This document shows, one piece after another, positions 1 to 8,148 of a DNA stretch of 19,913 nucleotides. The position numbers were made by a program, and so were the translations under genes. Each line of letters starts with the position of its first letter. The stretch's first letter is position 1. Source of the stretch: Promethearchaeota archaeon. GTDB lineage: Archaea > Asgardarchaeota > Lokiarchaeia > Sigyniarchaeales > SOKP01. Below the pieces are notes generated by a model. It saw only the letters and a program-made list of their open reading frames with translations. It did not search any database and was not told the DNA's origin. The stretch covers positions 1-19,913 of the forward strand of contig JBHLNZ010000044.1 of NCBI GenBank assembly GCA_048941015.1. Direction: 5' to 3'.

Positions 1-486
1 GTTAATCTCTTTCGCTCTACGTCTTCCTATTAAACGTGCTAAACGTGTTGTACCACCCCAACCGGGAGTTATCCCTACATCAACTTCAGGCATACCCCAT
101 TTAGCTCTTTCTGTTGCAATTACAAAATCACATGCCATAGTTATTTCCAAACCTCCCCCAACCGCATAACCATCAACAGCAGCAATTGTAATTTTATCTA
201 ATTCTTCGAGTTGATTTGCCATATTTTGATAGTATCGAACTCGTCGTGTAATATCATTAGCATCACCCCATTTTAACATTTCGTTAATATCGTCTCCAAC
301 AGAAAAATTATTTCCAGCTCCTTTAATAACTAAAAATTTTAATTTAGTAGATTCACGTAATTTTTCAAAGGCAGTGACTAATTCATCCGAAAGTTGCATA
401 CTTAATGCATTTAATACTTTAGGTCTGTTTAAAGTTATCCATGCTACTTTATCTTTCTCTTCATATATTATTTGTTCAAATGCCAT
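1..486 (-). CDS. Enoyl-CoA hydratase/isomerase (crotonase family), 3'-truncated by window edge
   Basis: Not in ORF track. Manual translation from ATG at 486 gives MAFEQIIYEEKDKVAWITLNRPKVLNALS...FSVGDDI...IAAVDGYAVGGGLEITMACDFVIATERAKWGMPEVDVGITPGWGGTTRLARLIG. These are classic crotonase motifs with both catalytic Glu (GGGLE, PEV). Frame is open to position 1. Confidence 0.95.
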   Translation of the reverse strand, partial: MAFEQIIYEEKDKVAWITLNRPKVLNALSMQLSDELVTAFEKLRESTKLKFLVIKGAGNNFSVGDDINEMLKWGDANDITRRVRYYQNMANQLEELDKITIAAVDGYAVGGGLEITMACDFVIATERAKWGMPEVDVGITPGWGGTTRLARLIGRRRAKEIN

Positions 487-578
487 AAAGTAACTTTTTG
501 CATTTCAAATATAAAAAATTTGCAAATAATAGTAAAAATCAATAAAAAGAAGAAATTTTAAATTTAATTTTAATTTGT

Positions 579-1115
579 TTATTCCTCAGCGGGTTTTTCT
601 TCAGTGGGCTTTGCCTTAACCGGTTGTTTTTTAGCTGGTTTTTTCTTAGCAGGTTCTTTCTTAGCTGGTTTTGTCTCAGTTGACCATTGAAATTCTTTTG
701 GTCCAGCAAACAATAATAAAATAGCAGGAATTAATATTGCTATTCCTCCCCATCCATACCATCCAAAAATTTCTAATATTATTCCCCAGACAAGCATCCA
801 TGGTAATCTAAAGCTTCCAAGCGTTAAGACCCAATCATAGAGAGAATCCCAGTCCATAGCAGCACACTTATTTGAAAACTTAGGTTTAATAATTAAAAAC
901 GAAATTGCGATAATTATAATTGCAGTAATTAGATTCCAAATTACGCTAAAAGATAATCTAACGTATAGAGGTCCCCATATTCCCAACAAATACAAATATG
1001 TCGATATTCCATAAATAAACCAAATAATGCCTAATACACCATTAATAATACCTATAATCCATGCCCATTTTCCAATATTGGATGCTAAGGATGCATATTT
1101 CCATTCTTCACCCAT
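579..1115 (-). CDS. Hypothetical membrane protein (about 4 TM segments) with Lys/Pro/Ala-rich C-terminal tail
   Basis: 178-aa ORF with hydrophobic Trp/Gly-rich segments, an SD-like GAGGTT upstream on the minus strand, and the tail KPAKKEPAKKKPAKKQPVKAKP. Confidence 0.8.
   Translation of the reverse strand: MGEEWKYASLASNIGKWAWIIGIINGVLGIIWFIYGISTYLYLLGIWGPLYVRLSFSVIWNLITAIIIIAISFLIIKPKFSNKCAAMDWDSLYDWVLTLGSFRLPWMLVWGIILEIFGWYGWGGIAILIPAILLLFAGPKEFQWSTETKPAKKEPAKKKPAKKQPVKAKPTEEKPAEE
616..675. repeat. Four imperfect 15-bp tandem repeats (coding, xPAKK units)
   Basis: ttaaccggttgtttt / ttagctggttttttc / ttagcaggttctttc / ttagctggttttgtc. Confidence 0.8.
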
Positions 1116-1305
1116 AATCTTTCAACCTCAAACCTTATTATTTTTAATTTTCTAATCCGAGTATAAAGAGTTTAAAAATTGTTTTTATAGGTTATAATTT
1201 CAATCCTCAAATATAAAATTAATCATTAAATTTAGATAATAAAGAACATCCTATCAAATAAATATTCAATCATTCTGTCGAAATTTATAAAGAGAATAAA
1301 TTAAT

Positions 1306-2772
1306 TTACTTAGAATCGGGATTGAGTATTTCTCCTACATAATATAGCCCAACTAAATTTCCCCTACTTTGAAACTTTCTTGAAACAAGCAATATTATTA
1401 CATGCTCATTCTCATCAATAGTTCCATTCTGAACACCAAATTTTACTGATTCTTCAATTAGTTTCTCAGCATCTAAATTAAAGAAATCAATATTCTCGAT
1501 ATGGAATGCTTGAACACCCCACACTAAATTTAATTCTTGAGCAGTGCGTTTAAATGGAGTCATAGCAATTATTGGAAGTGGTGGTCTGAATTTTGAAATC
1601 ATACGTGCCCCATAACCATGGCGCGTGATTACAAGAATTTTGCCTCTAAAATTTAATTGTTCCATTTCTTTTGATAAAGAATGTATAGCATGACCAAGAG
1701 TCTGAGTATGAGTTAATCTATCAGAATCATAATCATCTGGAATTCTTATAGGAGAGTTTTGACTTGCAGTTGTCGCAATTTTATTCATGTATTCAACTGA
1801 TTCAATTGGATATTTTCCTACTGCTGTTTCTGCTGATAACATTACAGCATCGGTTCCATCAATTACAGCATTAAAAATATCGTTAGCCTCAGCGCGCGTA
1901 GGAACAGGAGTGTTTGTCATAGACTCAAGCATCTGGGTTGCTACAATAACAGGTTTTCCTTCTCTATTACATTGGTAAATTAATTCTTTCTGTTTAATTG
2001 GGACTTGATCTGGTGAGATTTCTACTCCCAAATCTCCTCTTGCAATCATAATCCCATCGGAAACTTCTAAGATCTGATCAAAGTTATCCAATGCTACTGG
2101 TCTTTCTATTTTAGATATTGTTTTAATTTCACTATTACCATAATTTTCGAGAAGTCTTTTTACTGTAAGAACATCATCTCCTCCTGATACAAATGAGATC
2201 GCAACATAATCTGGATTTAAATCGGCAATAAATTCTAGATCTTTTATATCCTTCTCTGTTGGAACCCGCTGTTTTAACTCTCCACTTGGAATATTAACTC
2301 CTTTATTATTACTGATTAAGCCTCCTGCTATAATTTCGCCTAAAAGATGATCTTTTTCTTTACTTTTTACTTTGATTTTGATAATACCATCATTAACATA
2401 AAAATAATCTCCCTTTCTAATCGATTTAATAAAACCGACAAGTGGAATCGAAAATTGAGTTTGATCTCCCCCGCCCTCTATCTCAGTTTCAAAAACTTTA
2501 ACTTCATCTCCAACATTTAGAATATAAGCCTGATCATTTTTGAATTTTCCAACACGTATTTTAGGACCTTGAATATCAGCTATGATACCAATATATTCAT
2601 TAACTTCTCTAATTCTATCAAATAATTCTTTCTTTTCATCATGGGTTCCATGAGAGAAGTTTAATCTAAAAACATCTACACCAGCATCAATCAATCTTTT
2701 TATCATTTGTTTTGAACTTGAAACAGGGCCTAGGGTTGCAACAATTTTTACTGTATTTTCTCTAAAGCTCAT
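1306..2772 (-). CDS. pyk: Pyruvate kinase
   Basis: Motifs KIVATLGP, RLNFSHG, DIQGPKIRVG, SKIE, DGIMIARGDLG, ATQMLESM, PTRAE and DAVMLSAETAVGKYP. Confidence 0.98.
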   Translation of the reverse strand: MSFRENTVKIVATLGPVSSSKQMIKRLIDAGVDVFRLNFSHGTHDEKKELFDRIREVNEYIGIIADIQGPKIRVGKFKNDQAYILNVGDEVKVFETEIEGGGDQTQFSIPLVGFIKSIRKGDYFYVNDGIIKIKVKSKEKDHLLGEIIAGGLISNNKGVNIPSGELKQRVPTEKDIKDLEFIADLNPDYVAISFVSGGDDVLTVKRLLENYGNSEIKTISKIERPVALDNFDQILEVSDGIMIARGDLGVEISPDQVPIKQKELIYQCNREGKPVIVATQMLESMTNTPVPTRAEANDIFNAVIDGTDAVMLSAETAVGKYPIESVEYMNKIATTASQNSPIRIPDDYDSDRLTHTQTLGHAIHSLSKEMEQLNFRGKILVITRHGYGARMISKFRPPLPIIAMTPFKRTAQELNLVWGVQAFHIENIDFFNLDAEKLIEESVKFGVQNGTIDENEHVIILLVSRKFQSRGNLVGLYYVGEILNPDSK

Positions 2773-2861
2773 TAAAAATCAAATAAATGATTATGATTAT
2801 AAGATTTTGCATAATAAATTATTTAATATTAATATTATATTCTTGTTTAAAACTATTTATT

Positions 2862-3311
2862 TTAAATTAAATTTTTAAGATTTGTTATTCTTTTCCGGAA
2901 TTCCTTTCTGATTTCTTTTAAAATCTCCATCGAATTACTCACAGATTCAATGCTCTTTAACTCTTTAAAAACTATGAGATTGACTCTATTAGTTTTGGGA
3001 TAAAGTGAAAACTGAATTAATTTTAAGTTATCATTAGCTCTCATGAAATCTTTAGCTAAACCCACTAAAAGATCTGAACTTTGAGACGCTAAATTAATTC
3101 CTATAAAATATCTTAGTTTAGGTTTCTTAAAGTAATTTCTTGTTTCGATTAAAAAGAAATGCTTTTCTTCGTTTTTTATTTTATAGATATTCTTTACTTC
3201 TAATATTTTGGATTGATTATTAATTAATTCTGAAATTGGAGGATATTTATTTTTTAATCTCTGCAATTTATTCTTAAATACCTCTTTTAATAGATCCTCT
3301 AACGTAGTCAA
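2862..3311 (-). CDS. Hypothetical protein (basic, 149 aa)
   Basis: 449-nt-span open frame in AT-rich DNA, TTG start, co-oriented with pyk, purine-rich upstream. No family recognised. Confidence 0.7.
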   Translation of the reverse strand: MTTLEDLLKEVFKNKLQRLKNKYPPISELINNQSKILEVKNIYKIKNEEKHFFLIETRNYFKKPKLRYFIGINLASQSSDLLVGLAKDFMRANDNLKLIQFSLYPKTNRVNLIVFKELKSIESVSNSMEILKEIRKEFRKRITNLKNLI

Positions 3312-3359
3312 TTATTATCTCTTCCTTTTATTATCTAATTGTTATTGATTTATTCATTT

Positions 3360-3455
3360 TTAATATAAGTCTTTAATGATGAAATCTAATTCAAGTTTTT
3401 GCAAAGTTTTTGGTAAAAGATTTCCATTATTAGGATTCCAGCTCATTTCCTGATT
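3360..3455 (-). pseudogene. Probable C-terminal relic of an aldehyde:ferredoxin oxidoreductase (AOR)
   Basis: Minus strand reads NQEMSWNPNNGNLLPKTLQKLELDFIIKDLY*. This resembles the AOR C-terminal consensus YYxxxGWDxxxGxPxxxTLxxLGLxxxxxDL. In-frame stops lie immediately upstream. Confidence 0.5.
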
Positions 3456-3663
3456 ACATCATTAAAGACATATCCTTCAATTTCGAAACTTATAAATACC
3501 TATTTTGTTATATTATAATGGTTTTGTAATTGTCTATTAGAGATTACAAACACCCCACTTTTAAATTCAACAATTACATTAAGGGTATTAATTATAATTA
3601 TTAATCGTAACATTTATAATAGTATTTTTAGTTTGATTCATAATAAAAAATCAGAGGTTATTG

Positions 3664-3879
3664 ATGTCAGTAGTCCCATCCCTTAAAAAGAAAAACCTAA
3701 CCATGTCAATGTTTATTGATTGGGATAAGTATAAAAATATGTTTTACAACAATTTATATTTAGAAGATTATAAAATTGTAATAAAAATGCCTTTAATTCA
3801 GAGAAAGAAGAGTAAAACTGATATCAAAATAAAGAAATTTGATTTAACAAAATATACTTATCTATGTTCTTATGATTAG
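3664..3879 (+). CDS. Small basic hypothetical protein (71 aa)
   Basis: ATG at 3664 is preceded by SD-like GAGGT (3654-3658) and TATA-like TTTATAAT (3613-3620). Confidence 0.6.
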   Translation: MSVVPSLKKKNLTMSMFIDWDKYKNMFYNNLYLEDYKIVIKMPLIQRKKSKTDIKIKKFDLTKYTYLCSYD

Positions 3880-3889
3880 AATATAATTA

Positions 3890-4021
3890 TTAAGTCTGTT
3901 TATAATTACCTTTTTTTAGTAAATTATTCCAACATGAAAAGCAGATGTAATTACCGTTTATCAGTTTTACTAGATCCTTCGTTGAACGAATCATTCCACA
4001 TTTATTACATTTTTTCTTCAT
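3890..4021 (-). CDS. Zinc-finger microprotein, CxxC-x18-CxxC (43 aa)
   Basis: Manual translation MKKKCNKCGMIRSTKDLVKLINGNYICFSCWNNLLKKGNYKQT*. A TATA-like tract lies about 28-36 nt upstream, consistent with a leaderless transcript. Below the ORF-track length cutoff. Confidence 0.75.
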   Translation of the reverse strand: MKKKCNKCGMIRSTKDLVKLINGNYICFSCWNNLLKKGNYKQT

Positions 4022-4097
4022 TTAATTCAATATTTAAAAGGAATTATTAAATATATATGATACTAAATCTTAGAACTTAATTTTTTAGAATAGAGTT

Positions 4098-4160
4098 TCA
4101 AGTTTTGTGAAAACCTGCTAAATCAATACCGATAAATTTAGAGTTTTGAGAGCTTGTTAA
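4098..4160 (-). pseudogene. Possible N-terminal relic of an RNase H-fold protein (DUF429-like)
   Basis: Minus strand reads LTSSQNSKFIGIDLAGFHKT*. FIGIDLAG matches the first strand of DUF429-type RNase H folds. No valid start, early stop. Confidence 0.3.
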
Positions 4161-4496
4161 CTGAAACTATTTTAAATGAAAAAAAAGAATGAAAGAAGGC
4201 TTAATTTGAGCTAATTTTTAAAGGATAAGAGAGAAATTAAACTTCTGCTTAAGTTTAATAGAGGGCTTAACCGATGGTATGGAGATCATACCCTCTGAAA
4301 TCCAATGTTTTGCTCAAATTATGGAATCCTTTCAATCAATTAATGATTTTCAATTAAATATTTAAATAGCCTTGATTCCATTTTGAAATTTCGTTCTTAT
4401 AACACGAATAAAGTTTTAATTTTTAATTTCTAATTTTGAAAAATCTATATGTTATCTAAAATTTTAGAATCCATCTTAAGAAGATGTGTCTTTATT

Positions 4497-5621
4497 ATGA
4501 CTAAATTAAAAGTAGGCATTATAGGTTGTGGTGTGATATTCGATTTAAACATTTTAGGTTATTTAGACAACCCAGATGTCGAGATTACTTGTTTATGCGA
4601 TAAGCGAACCAAAAAAGTCAGAAATGAAATAAATAAGTTTCAACTAGGCTCAAATATCAATATTTACAATGATTATAAAAATATGTTAGACAATGAGAAT
4701 TTTGATATTCTAGAAATATTGCTACCTCATCATTTACATGCCGAAGTCACTGTTTACGCAGCGAATAAGAACTTAAAGGGTATTAGTGTTCAGAAACCAA
4801 TGGCTACAAATATTTCAGATTGTAATAAGATGATTGATTCTTGTAAAAAGAATAATGTAAAACTCAAAATATTTGAAAATTTTATGTTTTATCCCCCTCT
4901 TTTTCGAGCTAAGGAACTAATAGATCAAGGAGTTATTGGCGAAGTCAACTCAATAAATATTAAAACTTTAGAAGCCACAAGTGGTGGATGGGATATTCCA
5001 GATACAACGTGGAGATGGAGAGTAGATCCTGAAACTTGTGGTGGAGGATTAGATTGTGGTTCTCCTTTTGTTTTTGATGATGGATATCATAAATTCTGGT
5101 TAGCTTTACATTTTATGGGTGAAAAAGTGGAAAAAGTATATTCTTGGATTGATAGACATAAAAACTTAGACATTCCTGCATATATTATGTGGAAATATCG
5201 TCCACCTGAGGGGGCTAATTTTATTATACCCCACTATGGAACAATGGAATATAATTATGCACAAGAAATGAGATTACCTAGTCCTTATTATCCCGAAGAT
5301 GATTTTATTTCTGTGGTTGGATCAAAGGGAATGATGTGGATAAATCAAGCCACGTCAGGAGGTAATATTATGTCAGAATCGGAAGTTTTTCCTCCAATAG
5401 TAATATTTCGAGATGGTAAAATAGAAATCGAATCAAACATGGAACGCGATTGGAAATTTGGTTTTATAAATTCGACAAAACATTTTATAGATGTAATAAA
5501 AAATGATGGGATTCCAATATTATCGGGAGAACAAGGAAAATATACTACACAATTCGCTTTAGCAGCATTAAAATCTTCTATGATTGGAAAAGAAGTATCT
5601 CCTGATGACATTAAAGATTAA
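4497..5621 (+). CDS. Gfo/Idh/MocA family NAD(P)-dependent oxidoreductase
   Basis: Likely start ATG 4497 (MTKLKVGIIGCG Rossmann motif), LPHHLH, QKP (variant of EKP), GG..G...DDGYH catalytic region. The ORF-track start at 4449 is probably too long. Confidence 0.92.
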   Translation: MTKLKVGIIGCGVIFDLNILGYLDNPDVEITCLCDKRTKKVRNEINKFQLGSNINIYNDYKNMLDNENFDILEILLPHHLHAEVTVYAANKNLKGISVQKPMATNISDCNKMIDSCKKNNVKLKIFENFMFYPPLFRAKELIDQGVIGEVNSINIKTLEATSGGWDIPDTTWRWRVDPETCGGGLDCGSPFVFDDGYHKFWLALHFMGEKVEKVYSWIDRHKNLDIPAYIMWKYRPPEGANFIIPHYGTMEYNYAQEMRLPSPYYPEDDFISVVGSKGMMWINQATSGGNIMSESEVFPPIVIFRDGKIEIESNMERDWKFGFINSTKHFIDVIKNDGIPILSGEQGKYTTQFALAALKSSMIGKEVSPDDIKD

Positions 5622-5728
5622 TAATTTAAGAAGTAAAATGTGTTTTGCTTAGGGGAGGAGAATATCAATATTGGATTTTTGCTAAAAAAGAATAAATAAA
5701 AAAAATAAGAATAATTTAAAATGTAACT

Positions 5729-6508
5729 TTAATCTCTGAAACCATAATAGGCGTTAATAAAGAGTAACAATCCTTCCCGAAGTGAAAGATTAAACAATCC
5801 AAATAACGGAAGGGTATAATCTAGGTTAAAAGAGAATAGTATTAGTCCGGTTGTCACTGCTATAAATGTAAGGATTGAAATAAAATTTTTCCAAGATTTT
5901 TTCCATAAACTTGCTTTTTTTTTTTCAATTTTCTCTAGTATATCGTATTTAGATAGTGTTTGATAATCCGGTATTGTTTCTATTTGCTTTTTTAATTTTT
6001 TCTTTTGTCTAACTTGTCCAATTGACCGAAAAAGCGTACCGATAAAGAATACGGAGACTAATATTAAAATATCGAGTATAGTATTTGTCACTTGAAATGG
6101 AACGTTTGGACCATAGAAATTTATAATTACAGTTATAACTAATAGTATAACAAGTATAATCCTAACTGAATATTTCGGTAGGTAAAGTGGTTTCTTCTCC
6201 TTTCTTGTTTCTTCAACATATTTTTCAGGATTTCTAATTTTTTTAATTAGTTTTAACTTTTCTTGCTCTGTCTTTCTCGCTTCAAAATAAAAGGCAACTA
6301 AGAAAAAAATTGAGTTTGTAATCATACTTGGAATTTCTGTGTTAGTGAATAAATAGTTAAATGGAAATGCAACGACCATTATAGTAATAATAGCTCTTAC
6401 AGTTCCACGCGGAAAACCAAGAGGATAATCTTCAACCTTTCCGTCTTTACTAAACCTCCTTATTATACACCATATAAGTAATAAGGGTCCTAAAATCCAA
6501 GTTATCAT
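5729..6508 (-). CDS. Hypothetical multi-pass membrane protein with internal duplication
   Basis: Two repeats, YPLGFPRGTVRAIITIMVV...FFLVAFYF and KPLYLPKYSVRIILVILLV...FFIGTLF, each followed by a basic helix. Confidence 0.8.
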   Translation of the reverse strand: MITWILGPLLLIWCIIRRFSKDGKVEDYPLGFPRGTVRAIITIMVVAFPFNYLFTNTEIPSMITNSIFFLVAFYFEARKTEQEKLKLIKKIRNPEKYVEETRKEKKPLYLPKYSVRIILVILLVITVIINFYGPNVPFQVTNTILDILILVSVFFIGTLFRSIGQVRQKKKLKKQIETIPDYQTLSKYDILEKIEKKKASLWKKSWKNFISILTFIAVTTGLILFSFNLDYTLPLFGLFNLSLREGLLLFINAYYGFRD

Positions 6509-6605
6509 AGATGATTCTCAAAATTTTAATTAAAATTATTTTAATAATATTCTCCATAAAGATAAAAGTTTGTAAATTTACTAATAAATTCAATCTTTCT
6601 AATGA

Positions 6606-8030
6606 TTATAGTCCTATTTCTTTTAATTTTTGCATAATTTCTTGTTTTTTTTTCCCTTTTAAATCAAACCACCTATAAAAGATTATGACTCCTAAGACAC
6701 AAAATAAGAAGGGAAAAACACCTTGAATCAATCGTAATCCCAATAATGCATCATAGCTATGAGTTAGATTATTTGGATTATAAAGTGTAATAGCATGAAT
6801 AATTGCTACAATAAAACTTTGTATTAATAGAGAAATGCGTATGAAGACGTTTCTAAAACCTACTAAAGTAGCCTCATGATGCTTCTTAGTCTTTACAGTG
6901 ATCTCATCATAACAATCAGCTAAAACAGGAGATAACATAATTGTAAACATAGCAGCGGAAATTCCTGTTAAAAAATTTACTATATAGAATCCTATGATAT
7001 TTGAGATAAAAGAATAAAATAATAAACTTAAACCGAAAGATAATAAACCAATTGTATATAGATTAGAATGACCAATTTTTTTTGCAACGTAAATCCATAT
7101 AGGCATTGTGAATATGGAAGCAAATAACATAAAGATTGATCCTATAGTTCTTACAAATTGTTCCTCTTGTAAAACATCATCTACAAAATTAACTGTATTC
7201 ATACTCATTAATCCTAGAGCAATCATAAAAATGATATAAGTAAAAACAGCTAACATGAAATTTTTTTGCTTAATCGCCATTTTCATTGTCCAAATAAAGG
7301 ATTTCTTCTCTGCTGTTTCATATCCTCGAATAAAGCGTTCTTTTATGTCAATTGTTTCTCTTGAGCCAGGTATAAATAGTGCTAAAGAACCACCCAATAT
7401 TATGATACTTATAAAAGCAGCTTTAATGAACGTTGATTTATTCCCAGGAATAATAATTTGTGACCATAATGTTATTGTTAAAAAGTTTGCAATGAAAATG
7501 AATATTTGAGTTATCATACCCGCTTTTCTTCGTGTGATATCACCTCGAAAATGAACGGGGAAAGCTCCAAATGAATGTGTTTGAAAAAGTGAGTTAGATA
7601 TATCATATAAAATTACAATGACTAAATAATATAATAGAACTAGAAATATATCTTCTACACCTTCTATGTTTGGAGGAGTGAAGATTAAGAAGAAGAAGAT
7701 AATTGTTGGAATGCCTCCTATTAAAATCCAAGGGGAGTGAAAACCAAATTTTTTTGTCAATTTATTTGGTTTATCAGTAAGAAAACCTATAACAGGACTA
7801 CTCATCATACTGAAAATAGTAAAAATAACATTAGCTATTGCCATATAAATTGGCCATAAAGCGATAATATCTATTAAACCAAGTTCACTTTCATAGTAAT
7901 GCCAAACAAAATTGTTAAAGGCTACTATTAGAAAACCATTAAAGAAGTAACCCATTGAAAACATCATCATCTTTATTGTACTCGGGCCTTCTTTGCTATT
8001 TGGTTGTGTTGCTCTTTTTAAAGTATTCAA
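6606..8030 (-). CDS. MFS transporter, glycoside-pentoside-hexuronide (MelB/MFS_2)-like
   Basis: About 12 hydrophobic segments, PVIGFLTD...G..SPWILIG, LADCYDE..TKKHHEA motif and a C-terminal LKGKK. TTG start. Confidence 0.9.
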   Translation of the reverse strand: MNTLKRATQPNSKEGPSTIKMMMFSMGYFFNGFLIVAFNNFVWHYYESELGLIDIIALWPIYMAIANVIFTIFSMMSSPVIGFLTDKPNKLTKKFGFHSPWILIGGIPTIIFFFLIFTPPNIEGVEDIFLVLLYYLVIVILYDISNSLFQTHSFGAFPVHFRGDITRRKAGMITQIFIFIANFLTITLWSQIIIPGNKSTFIKAAFISIIILGGSLALFIPGSRETIDIKERFIRGYETAEKKSFIWTMKMAIKQKNFMLAVFTYIIFMIALGLMSMNTVNFVDDVLQEEQFVRTIGSIFMLFASIFTMPIWIYVAKKIGHSNLYTIGLLSFGLSLLFYSFISNIIGFYIVNFLTGISAAMFTIMLSPVLADCYDEITVKTKKHHEATLVGFRNVFIRISLLIQSFIVAIIHAITLYNPNNLTHSYDALLGLRLIQGVFPFLFCVLGVIIFYRWFDLKGKKKQEIMQKLKEIGL

Positions 8031-8148
8031 AATATCCCCTAATTGAGTTTTTTTTATAAATTATTTTTTTTTTATTTATTAAACGATTTCTCCTTAAATA
8101 ATAAATACATTTTTAGAATAAGAAGATATTATTATTTTAACTTGTATT

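Noticed and set aside
3587-3605. ATTAATTATAATTATTAAT near-palindrome
   Set aside because: Pure A/T low-complexity sequence, expected by chance at this base composition.
4260-4330. TPP or SAM-I riboswitch
   Set aside because: Only partial resemblance. The TPP CUGAGA and CCUGA...GCGUAGG elements and the SAM-I core are missing, and the downstream gene is unrelated. Kept only as a weak structured-RNA candidate.
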